A stretch of DNA of 64,000 bases from Octopus sinensis (lineage: Eukaryota): positions 59,148,001 to 59,212,000 of the forward strand of contig NC_043010.1 in NCBI RefSeq assembly GCF_006345805.1. The letters run 5' to 3'. The number at the start of each line of letters is the position of its first letter. The first letter of the stretch is position 1. Positions 10,416 through 21,600 of the stretch are shown piece by piece. The notes under the pieces are model-generated. The model made no database searches. It worked only from the letters and a program-made list of their open reading frames with translations, and was not told the origin of the DNA. The position numbers were made by a program, and so were the translations under genes.

Positions 10416-11619
10416 AAAGTAAGCATTTAAGTCAGCTGGAATATTTTCTATTTGCAGAACTACTGTCTTGATTTAGAAGTGAATTCCTTCATATCCACCT
10501 GACCCCTACCTACCTAGGCAAGGGAAATATATGCAACACTGATCTAGTTTGGTTTCTGGAAGTCTATTTGCAAATTTAAAAAATTTGAATATAAACTTTG
10601 TATATATTGTACTTTTCACAGGGTCTTGGGTTTTGTTAAATATTGTTTTGGGGGTCCAGGAAATTTTCTTCATACTTTGAAAATGGATGTATTTTGTCAT
10701 TGATTAACTACATAATTTCAGCATTGGTTGAATCAATTCAATCGTTTGAAATATTAAATGCCAACTGAAATTTTTTTAAATTCTCCTAGTCTCAAGCTAA
10801 ATTTTCTCACATTTACCTTTATATTTTACCTTATGTCTTTAAAACTGGGAAATTCCCAATGTTAAAACCTGTGGTTTTCTGAAAGCTTTCACTGTAAGTT
10901 TACAGAATAATATATGGTTTAGTGTGGGATTCACCCGGTTTTCAAGTTATTTTTACTTGTGCATTGAAATATCATTCCTAAAAATGCATTATTTTTCTAT
11001 CTTGGCAGATCTCCCCAACAAACCCCTCCTCCAATAAATAAATAAATAAAAGTTTTATAATCTAAAAAAAACCACCACAAACATCAGGTTTTAGACTATG
11101 AAATTTTTAGTAGTTATGGGATTTAATGCAAACTTACATCTTTAAGAATGGCAACTGAATAAGTTTTTCTTGAAGTGTCAATAAATTTTCCTCTTCTACT
11201 TAAATTCAGAAAGATGAAGGATAAGGTTTTTTTCTTTTTTTCTGCTGGGCCAATGGAGAAATCTTTATGTGTTCATTGGACTTACTAGAAACAGTAGTCA
11301 AATCTCCTTTGTATTACAATAAAGTACACTTTGGATAATGTTCTGCATTTTTTAAAGTAAGGCAGGCATTGAGAAAGTTAATATCAGTTGATGTTATTCA
11401 AATAATATATGGAACCAACTAAAATACATTCAGATAAGAGTTGAAATGAAAATAAGAAATAGTCGTCTGTTAGCTCTCATTTCAGTGTGATATATACAGG
11501 TATCTATTGTTTGCTGTTGTTAGAAATCAGGCAAATGTATATATATATAAACTTTATGTCATTGTGTAGGAGCATATTTTTTCTTATGCTTTGTAGGGTA
11601 AATTTTCTTTTTCCTATTA

Positions 11620-13040
11620 AAGATAAATATTCAGCCTTCAATAGAGTACGCTGCTGTGTGATATGGTGGGCTCTGAGGAGGCTAGGAGTAGATGAGTGGC
11701 TTGTGAAAGTTGTACAGGCCATGAACAGGGGTGCTGTCTGTAAGCTGAAAGTTAACCATGAGTATAGTAAAGAATTTGGTGTACAGGTAGTTGTCCATCA
11801 AGGTTCAGCCCTCAGTTCCTCATTGTCCTTCAGGAATTCAAGACTGGCTGCCCCTGCGAACTCCTTTATACTGATAATATCTTGTCCTCAAAGTAGATAC
11901 TGCATCAGAGCTGGAAAAGAAATTCCAGATATAGAAACAAAGCCTGGAATTTAAGGGCCTTATGATCTACTTAGAAGATTAAGGTCTCAGTATGCAAAAG
12001 AAAAAAAAACAGACAGGACCCTACCCTGTTCAGGTTACTGGCCCCGCTCAATTTGTAGGAAAGGCATACGCAGGAATTCCATCTGGTGTACCTAGTGTAA
12101 GCCATGGACACACAAGAGGTGCAGTGAAATAGTAGGAGGGTTATCAGAGAAAAATGTTCATATGTGGAAGATGCATAGAAGCCACAAAAACTACAGATAC
12201 TTGGGAAATCAATTTTCTCAAATGCCCCAGAAGCTCTTTAGAGGTAGTGGATAATTTCTGTTACCTAGGGGACCAAATTAGAAGTGGGGGTGGACATATG
12301 GATAGCATAATAGCTAGAATAAGAATAGGATGGAGAAAATTCAGAGTTTTTACCTCTGTTTGGCAACAAAAGTTTTGTCTCTCTGAGTGAAAGGAAGATT
12401 GTATGATGCATGTATACGAACAGCAATGCTAGATGGAAGCAAGACGTGGGCCTGAATACAGGGGACATGTGAAGGCTAGAGAGGAGTAAGGCCAGTATGC
12501 TCTGTTGGATGTATTATGTAAGTGTACATGTTCGACAGAGTGCTAGTGTTTTGAGAGAGAAGTTGAGCATAAGCGGGATTAGATACTGTGTGCAAGAGAA
12601 AAGACTGTGCTGGTTTGGTCATGTCATGCAGATGGATAATGACAGCTCTATAAAGAAGTGCCATTCATTCAAAATTAATGGAACTTATGGAAGAGAGAGA
12701 CCCAGGAAGCCATGGGGTGAAGGACCACCTCAGAACACTGAACCTTTCACACAATATGCCAAAGGATTGAGATACCTGGCACCTTGTTGTACACAGGAAG
12801 AACCATCCTCCACAGCAGAAGTGTTAAGGCAGCATTCCCTGGTGAAAAGGATTGGTCTGCAAGAGTCCTGTGCTGGTGCCACATTAAAAGGCCCAAGCAC
12901 ACACTGTAAAGTGGTTGGTGTTAGGAAGGGCTTCCATCTGTAGAAACCAAACCAAATCAGACGGTGCAGCTCTCCAGCTTGCCAGCTCTGGTCAAACCAT
13001 CCTGCTCATGCCAGTGTGGAAAATGGATGTTAAAAGATGG
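11620..13040 (+). mobile_element. Decayed RTE-clade LINE (RT to 3'UTR)
   Basis: Peptides AFNRV...WWALRRLGVDEWLV...VHQGSALS, LEVVDNFCYLGD...RIRIGWRKFR and LCWFGHVMQM...GRERPRKPW, followed directly by the GTTAGGAAGGGC...GTTAAA tail family. Confidence 0.8.
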
Positions 13041-13357
13041 CAACTGCTGTTATCATAGTTCTGGTTCTCATTCTTGTTCTTCAGTGTAATTATCCAAAAA
13101 CAATTTAGTGAATTAAATAAAATCTCTTTCATAGGATACATAGCTTTTGCTATTTTTCTCAGTTTTGCAGATTCGTTGAAACAAATTATTGACTTCTTCA
13201 TAAAATCTATAAATGCAGTTTTCTAAAGTAATAGATTCACATTTCTAATGTAACTGATAACTATATTTTAAAATGATTTACTTCTGATAATAAATAGAAA
13301 TGTATTTCTCTTCTTAGGTTAACACATTTGATTTTTTAAACAAGACCAACTATCAAC

Positions 13358-16290
13358 ATGTTCCTGTCGTTGTCCATTGTATTGTCGCTGGTCCACTGTG
13401 TCCTGACCATAGACCTTACCTACCACGTGGAAGAAGAGAGAAGTCCAGGAACATATGTAGCAGACATTGCTGCTGATTCTAAACTTTTAGACAATGTTAA
13501 ACCATCTGACCAACATTTGATAACATTCAGTCAATTCAAACGAAAGGTGGCACAGTTATTTAATATCACCAAAACAGGTAAACTGTACACTGCTCAGACA
13601 CTGGATGCAGAAGATCTCTGCACATTCAACAAAGAATGTTCTAGAATTATGAAGGTTGTTGTCAATAAAGGAACCAGTGTTTCAAAAATATTAAAAATCA
13701 AAATTGTAATAGAAGATATCAATGACCATGAACCTAAGTTTCCAAAAGCTCAAATTTCTTTGAAATTCTACGAGACAGATGGAAAAGGCACTAAACAATC
13801 TCTGCCAAATGCCATAGATAAAGATGTAGGATTCGAAAATTCCTTAATACAATATAAATTGAAATCAAAGAATGGAGAACCATTCTCTCTGTCAGTCTCT
13901 AAAAGAGCTGATGGTATTTCTTCTCTTAAAATAGTTTTAAAAGAATCATTAGACAGAGAAATCAAAGATACATATTTATTACAAGTCATAGCTAAAGATG
14001 GAGGTTCACCAGCAAAACAAGGTATTTTAAATATAAATATTTCAATAATAGATTTGAACGACAACTCACCTGTATTTTCTAAACCTTTATATAATATATC
14101 CTTACAAAGTACACATCATAAAGCCAAACCCATCATTGTTTTATCCGTGACAGATGCTGATTCTGGGGAAAATGGTAAAATTACTTTCCATTTCAGTCCA
14201 AAAACATCAGATTTAGCAAAAAGCTATTTTGAAGTAAATGAAAACAGTGGAAGCATTTTGTTAAGTAAATATACAAGTTTAGGAAAAAAGAAAACTTATG
14301 AACTATTTATAGAGGCCAGAGATGGGGGCAGCCCTCCTCTCAGTTCTATAGCAACAGTCCTCGTAAATGTTATCAACCAACACAATAATCCTCCATCTAT
14401 TGATATTGATTATGTTTCTGCAATCAATGACAACACAGCTACCATCTCTGAAAACATTAAAGTCGGTAGTTTCATTGCTTATGTGATGGTCACTGACAAC
14501 GATGTGGGACAAAATGGAGAGGTCAGCTGTGATATCAAACATGATACATTCAAACTACAGTCAATGGGATCTAAAGAATATAAAATCATTCTAAACAAAC
14601 CAGTGGACAGAGAAACACAAGGACACTATAACATTCCTGTCTCTTGTCAAGATAAAGGATTACCTCCTCTTAAAAGTGTTAAAAGCCTCTCTATCCAAGT
14701 GACTGACATCAACGATGTACAACCACAGTTCACCAAAGATACATTCCAATTCCTCACCTACGAAAACAAAGATAAAGACTTCCCTATTGGTTTTGTCAAT
14801 GCCACTGACCCCGATCTTGGATCTGCTGGACAACTCACGTATTCTCTGCTGCGTAAAGAAAAATCCAATCTCCCATTTCTCATCACCAGTTATGGCTTCA
14901 TTTCAGCGACCATGTCATTGGACAGAGAGAAACAAGATGTGTATAAGTTTGAGGTTTTTGTCAAAGACAATGGAAGCCCATCTCTGAATGACACAGCGAA
15001 TGTTGTTGTTGAGATTCTAGATCAAAATGACAATGCTCCGTATTTTACATATCCTAGTAGTGACCCTTACACGCTAAATGTGCAGTACCATCCGCAGAGT
15101 AAGAGTGACATCACAGTTTTGAGAGCGTCTGATGGGGACAGTGGAAACAATGCTTTCCTCAGATATGCAATCATACGAGGAAATGATAAACAGTTGTTTA
15201 GTATGAACTCACACAGTGGTGCTTTATCCTTCTCCAGACAAGTTTATCTAAATGATGCTGGAAGTTATGAGCTGGTGTTTGTTGTGAAGGACAGTGGTAG
15301 TCCAGTTCAGTCGTCAACAACTAGTGTCACTTTGGTATTGGCTGTTAGTAACGAGACATCACCAATGTCGAAGAGTGGACCTTTACAATCTTCAGGTCGG
15401 GTCCATATGACATGGGTTATTATCATTGTATCATCAGCAGTAATAATATCAGTGGCTATTGTTGTTTCTATAACGCTGTGTATTATGAAATGTATTAAAC
15501 ACAGAGATAACACAGCTGTTGCCACAAAGAATACAGCCTACCAAGGTAGAGCAGAGATGAAACAATTGTTGTACCAGACTAACACTTCTGTTGCTATGTC
15601 GAGGAATGCAGAAGAGATGGTGAAGCGGAATATCTATTCTGAGAGATCCAAGAGTGAATGTTATGCAGAAGGTCAGCTACAGAACAAATATGAATCTTCA
15701 GTTCAGTCGAGAACTTTACCAAAACCTACCCCAGTAAGTGGAAACATTACATTTTCTCTCTGTAAAAGTGAACAATGAAATCTCTTTGAATATGTTTTAA
15801 CTTCAATAATACATTCCAATATTAAATTGTTCTCTATCCATGTTGATTGTAACTTCCATTGTTTGGTGTCTTCTCACATTTCTTTATCGTTTGTTTGTCA
15901 ACAGAAATACTGTCAACCTGTTGTGGTGACATCAAGTGATGATGCTGTGGAAGATAATGCTACTATGGTTTGTAACTATACATCAGATACAATGTCATCC
16001 AAGAGAAGTGGTAGACATGGAGACTTGAAACATTATGAAGAAATACCAGGAGTATCAGGTTAGTAAATAAACTGGTTTTTTTGACTTCATTTATATTTCA
16101 TGCATTGACATTTAATAATTATCCCTAATTCTTCAATGCATATTAAATTGTTGCCTATGTATACCTATGTTTTAGGATATTGTCAGAAATGTCTATTTTC
16201 TTCTAAATTTCAGATCAAAGTATTTATAAGAACAATGACACAGCTACATCAAAAGATTCCAGTGAAGAAACACCAGTGAAACATGTCTAA
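13358..16290 (+). CDS. Protocadherin G1 (signal peptide, 6 cadherin repeats, TM, cytoplasmic tail; ~868 aa after splicing)
   Basis: ORF 13358 has a hydrophobic leader and DINDH/DLNDN/DINDV/DQNDN linkers, LDRE, DxD and DGG-P motifs, and TM WVIIIVSSAVIISVAIVVSITLCIM. Coding exons are 13358-15733, 15905-16058 and 16214-16290. The acceptor TTCTTAG|G (13316-17) lies 40 nt upstream of the ATG. Confidence 0.95.
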
Positions 16291-17130
16291 ATTAATCAGC
16301 TGTTGAAGTAACAACTAACTTCATCTCTAGCTGTACATATGCAATATTCACTTATCAGTTCATAAACGATACCAATAAAAACATTCTTAGTGTTTCCTGT
16401 ATATTAGTCATCTATGTATACAGTTAACAAGTGACTGTATATGACTAAGAGTTCTGAGACAAAAACATAAAGTTAGGTTAAGTTTCGTTTTAGTCAATTT
16501 AAGGCTCTGTACTTTGATAATGACACTTTTATTTTTGAATAACTAATAATATCTTCTGTCTGCAAATAATAAAATCAAGCCTTTTGATAGAAACTGTGAA
16601 AAGCAAAGCCAACACTGATATGTTAAAGTTTCAATCCAACCCAGGTTTACTTAGGTTTTCATTCTGTCAGTTTCCTTGAAACTTTGCTCTGATGTCAAAA
16701 CGCTTGATTACATTTTTGATTCCATTCTCTTGCTAAATCTTTTGCCAATTTTAGAAATTACTTTTATAGTATAGTTATCTAACAATAGCAGTATAAATCA
16801 TCATCATCATCATCATCGTTAACATTTGTAATTATCTCTTCACTATTTTGTTTAAGACTAACTGTAAGCAATATTTTAAACTTAATTAAAAATGTCCATG
16901 TCACATATTCTTGTGACAAAATATAGACATTCTCATTGAAATATAAATTAAAATGAATTTAAATGAGAATACTGACATAGAATTGTTAGCAGTAATGTAA
17001 TTCAGCATAAAGATTGTTATAATGGCAGTGAGGATTGTGAAGAAGGATGAATATCACACAGTCTTGCTTCTTCCTTGTATAAATTTAAGGTATTTTGTCT
17101 AGTAAAATCAATATAAAGGAGATCATCATC

Positions 17131-17164
17131 ATTGGTCTTCTGTTTAGGTCATTCAGCCAATCAG
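17131..17164 (+). promoter_or_regulatory. Putative promoter P2 paired CCAAT boxes
   Basis: ATTGG at 17131 and CCAATCAG at 17157. Confidence 0.6.
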
Positions 17165-17257
17165 ACTCTCACTAAAAACACAGAAGGAAATCACTAACAA
17201 AGCTAAGCCTTCACATTGCTGATATTATTAAACTAAACAATTTTTTTATGTGTAGCT

Positions 17258-17304
<47 letters not shown>

Positions 17305-17356
17305 AATAGCTGACAAATATCATCTTTAAGGATAAATACATGCAGACTTTTATTAG

Positions 17357-17558
17357 ATGGACGTACTCCCACAAAACATACAACTTCAGTGAGACATGCA
17401 ACCCTCTCCTAGCAGCAGACTCTCTGCCTGACGTGCTACACTACTCCATCACCATAACAGCCATTGTCACACCATTACAGCAGCACTTACAATGGATCTT
17501 TCTACAACAATACATCTTTCTTTCTCACTGAATAACCAATGATATAATTATTAAAAAG
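17357..17558 (+). other. Leader exon copy 2 (to G2)
   Basis: Same block with a 2-nt deletion in the TC run. Donor GT at 17559-60. Confidence 0.75.
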
Positions 17559-20463
17559 GTAAGTTTCTATTTAATCTTTTTATAATCTCATTTGATGCAA
17601 TAAATCTCAGTGAATAATGTTTCTGATATTATTGTAACATATTTATTATTAACCTGAGAACAAAGAGACTGAATAATAATTCTCACGTTTTCAGTAACGT
17701 TGTTCAAATTGTTTTATTTCACAATTAGCTAAATGTCGTTGATTGAAATATTTAATGGCTCAGTTTTTATTGAGGGAAACAGTATTGTTGGGGGTCTATA
17801 TTATATTTGTTACTCATTTTCATCAATAACAATAGAAACTATCTACAAAATAGATTGCAAAGTGTATCTTTTGTTTTTTGTTATAAGGAAGATATAATGT
17901 TGTATCTTTGTAGTTGATGTTATATGAAAGATGTATTGAGATGTTTGGTATGGCAGAAACATGTTTAAATATGGTTAGAGCTTGTAAGTCGTTAGAAATA
18001 ATGAGGTAGCAGTTTGTTGTAGATTTTGGTTATGGTGCACATAATATGATTCCCTGCTGCTAGAAAGTTGCCAAAATTAATGTTATGTTGTAAAATACAA
18101 TACAATGAGAAGCACCATCTTTGTTTGGAATTTAGGAATTATAAACAATATCATTTATATTGTGTGTGTGTGTTTACTTGTTAATTATATGTATATGTAT
18201 GTCAAACCATTAGCGTCATCATCGTCATTACCATCGTACTGCATCCAATTACCATGTTGGGGTGGATTGAATAGAATAAAATTAAGTAATTTTAAGGTTA
18301 TCTTGTATTTTGTGCTATTTTTCCCAGTCTTTCGTTATGGTTTTCATGGTGCTTTATATGAAGTTGAAATGTCTTTTATATGCAAACCAGGTTTGTAATT
18401 CAGAGTGAAGACAATCCATCATCATCATCGTCAGCTACATTATGTCACTAGAGTCAGATGTATTTCACAATGTTCTGCATTTATAAATGTTTCCACATAT
18501 TTCACAAAAACTGCTACATTTTAATATTGTTTATTATTTGTGAGTGTCCTGAACCTCTGTTACTTGTTATTCTTTGCTTCTCATAAGATATTTCCATCTT
18601 CACAAATAACCATCCCATGTCACATATTCTTTGCCAGTCCATTGTATCAGATAAAATGATGGAATTACTCATATTCACCACCGAAAACATATTTTAACCT
18701 AACCAAAACTAGGTTATATTCGAGAACTTGTTACTTATTTTTTCTGATGATTTTCGTTCTTAAAGTGATTCTGACTCCAATTTGAGTTAATTACATAAGA
18801 ATTCATCTCAAAATTACGTAAACTTCGTTGATGACAAGAAGCTGAGAGATTAAAGGGATGAGTGACTGAAACTTACATCCAATAGCTTCTTAGAGGTTTT
18901 ATTATACAAAGGCTTTAAATATACCTTACAGAATGCTCCATATGTACAAAACTATGGATTAGAAATCACTGAATGGGAATAAGAAATGTGTAAGAATACT
19001 CCTTGCCAAATGTAGCAAGCATTGCTTCTGTGCACCTGCAACACATTTGTCTGGTTTCTTCAAACATTTACAAGTAATTTGTGTTGATCTAAGTACCTGG
19101 AAACAAGGTATCTACCATAATGTATGACAATATGATAAATTATTTTGCCATGCATTCTTTTCTCTGTTTTATAAATATACCATATCCTAATAGCATTACT
19201 GCAGAAGCTAAAATTGTTACAGAATGAACAATTTTACAGCAATTGTACCATTTATAATCACTAAATAACAACGTACAAAGATATGTCTGTCATTATTTAA
19301 ATTGTAATATGCCTATATATTTCAGTCTGCCCATTATATATCATTGATATCATATAAGAACAAACAAGATTCTGGCTTATTTGTAAGTTTCTCATATAAA
19401 TATACCAATTCTTAAGTGATTGCATTTTATTTGAAGTATATTATATTTAGTAAATATTATTTTAATAAGAAGATTAAGAAGCTTAAGAAGCTCAACTATG
19501 TGGTTTCAAATTCAGTCCTACTGTGTGGCATCTACTATGTGGCTACTGATGTGCCTACTATGTGGCATCTTTGGCAAGTGTCTTCTAAAGCTGACCAAAA
19601 GCCCTGTGAGTGAATTTGGTAGATGGAAACTGAAAGAAACCCATAATGTATGTGTGTATTTGTGTGTTCCCTTGTCTTGACATCATGTGATGATTGTAAA
19701 TGAGCATCACTGATAATGTTGTTTGTCTTCAATCTGCCAGGGGCGAAATATTACCTTAATTGGAAACAGGTGAGGGTTTGGGATGGGAAAAGCATCCTGC
19801 CAAAGGAAACTTGATTGAACACATGGAAAGGTAGATGTTAAATGATGATGAATACCACAATAGAACAAAAATGTTTTCTTCGAACCAAATAGATAAGTGT
19901 AGATTCAACTCTTCGTTAGATATTAGTGGTATTTGTGGTTGACGATGAAGCTATTGACACTTTCAAATGGTTATTGAGATGTTCAAAAAATCAATAGTAA
20001 TAGGAGTCCATGTCCTGTAATAAGGAACATCTGTCAGTCTTCATACCTTTTATAGTTACTTCTTTAGGAAGAGGATATTTCTGGGAAAACACTGAAATGG
20101 GAGCATTAGAGACAATTAAATTTCATTGCCTTGGTTTGGAAGTTGATTGAACCAGGCAGAATAGAAAGAGAAAACAAAAAATGGAGGAGGAAGATGTGGA
20201 AAATAAATGACGCCCACAGTCGGGAATAAGTTTAGATAGATTTTAATTGATGCATAGAAATACAGGGAGAAAGATTTAAACACTTGTAGCCTAGATGACA
20301 ATTGAGAATTCTCACCTGCTAAGGTTACAAGTTGGATGTATGGCTGGGGTAAAGTCCCAGCTGAACTGAAGGTAACATGGTGGTAGAATGTCATGTTTGA
20401 TAGGGCAGTAAAGGCTAAGAGACAGGCTTAGGAGAGAAGAAAGATGGTAGTAGAGAGCATTAA

Positions 20464-20698
20464 GGCGTCGAGCTGGCAGAAACGTTAGCACACCGGGTGA
20501 AATGCGTAGCTGTATTTCGTCTGCTGTTACGTTCTGAGTTCAAATTCTGCCGAGTTTGACTTTACTTTTCATCCTTTCGGAGTCGATAAATTAAATACCT
20601 GTTACGCACCGGGGTCGATATAATCGACTTAATCTGTTTGTCTGTCCTTATTTGTCCCCTCTGTGTTTAGCCCCTTGTGGGTAGTAAAGAAATAGGTA
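20464..20698 (+). mobile_element. tRNA-derived SINE (representative copy)
   Basis: A-box-like TGGCAGAAACGTTAG, B-box GAGTTCAAATTC, and body CTTTCATCCTTTCGG-GTCGATAAATTAA-TACC. Other copies at ~43907-44120(+), ~7800-8010(+) and ~1850-1995(-). Confidence 0.75.
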
Positions 20699-20739
20699 GT
20701 AGAAAGCATTACCAAATAGCTGATAGGAAACCATGGTGA

Positions 20740-21600
20740 CAGCTGTACTTGGTTAAAAGTGTGGCAGAATGAAAGAGATGTGCACATGCCTTGCATCATG
20801 TGGATTGATAGTGTGAATTACTCAGAAGTGTGAGAGAATTGAGACATCGTTGATGAAAAGTGTATTTAGAATGATGAAGGCATACTTGCCATTGATACAG
20901 AAGACAGGAACGTGGCATGGAAGTGTTATGAGAGGCTGCTGAATGTGGAGAATGTATGGGATAAAAAGAGAGTTACCTTATGCTGACCCTCTCAAGGGAC
21001 CAGCAATTTAAGTTGACAGCAGCATGGTGAATAAAACTGTTTAGGACATGAAGACAAAGCTGCAGATGCATCAGGAATCGCTGAGGTTACCAGAGATAGG
21101 AGGTGGTTTCTGTTACCTAAGGGACCTCATTAGCAGTGGGAGAGGATGCCCTGAAAATATAGTTGCTAGAATAAGAATAGGATTGAGAAAGTTCAGAGAG
21201 CTTTGACCTCTGTTGGCAACAAAAACTCTCCGTCTCTCTCTCTCCAAGAGAAAAACAGATTGTAAGGTGCCTGTGTATGAACTCCAATGCTACAGTGTAG
21301 TGAAAGATGGGCACCGAATGCAAAGGACATGTGAAGGCTAGAAAGGAATAAAAGCTAATACACTGCAATGGATGTGCAATGTTAGTGTGCATGTATGACA
21401 AAATGCAAATGGTCTGAGAGTAAGAAATTAGGCATTTGCGGAACCAGATGCACAAGAGAGAAAACTGCATGTTTAGACATGTGATGCTTATGGATGAGGA
21501 TGCTTAAAGTGGATGGGACTTGTGGAAGAAGAGATGGGATGAAGTGGTGAGAGCTAATCTCAAGGAGATGACAAAGGACCAAGATAATTGGTGATATTCT
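20740..21600 (+). mobile_element. Decayed RTE LINE fragments
   Basis: TTCTGTTACCTAAGGGAC...AGAATAAGAATAGGATTGAGAAAGTTCAG is homologous to 12255-12360. Heavily mutated; boundaries approximate. Confidence 0.6.

Noticed and set aside
15734-15778. C-terminus VSGNITFSLCKSEQ* given by the ORF track as the protein end (all copies)
   Set aside because: It starts exactly at a consensus donor CCA|GTAAGT, and an in-phase acceptor and two further conserved exons follow. It is treated as intron read-through and retained only as a possible minor isoform.
16275-16290. C-terminal VKHV as a PDZ-binding motif
   Set aside because: Lys at position -2 fits neither class I (S/T) nor class II (hydrophobic) consensus.
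20464-20550. tRNA gene
   Set aside because: A and B boxes are present but no cloverleaf was found, and the sequence continues into a repeated SINE body. It is called a tRNA-derived SINE head.
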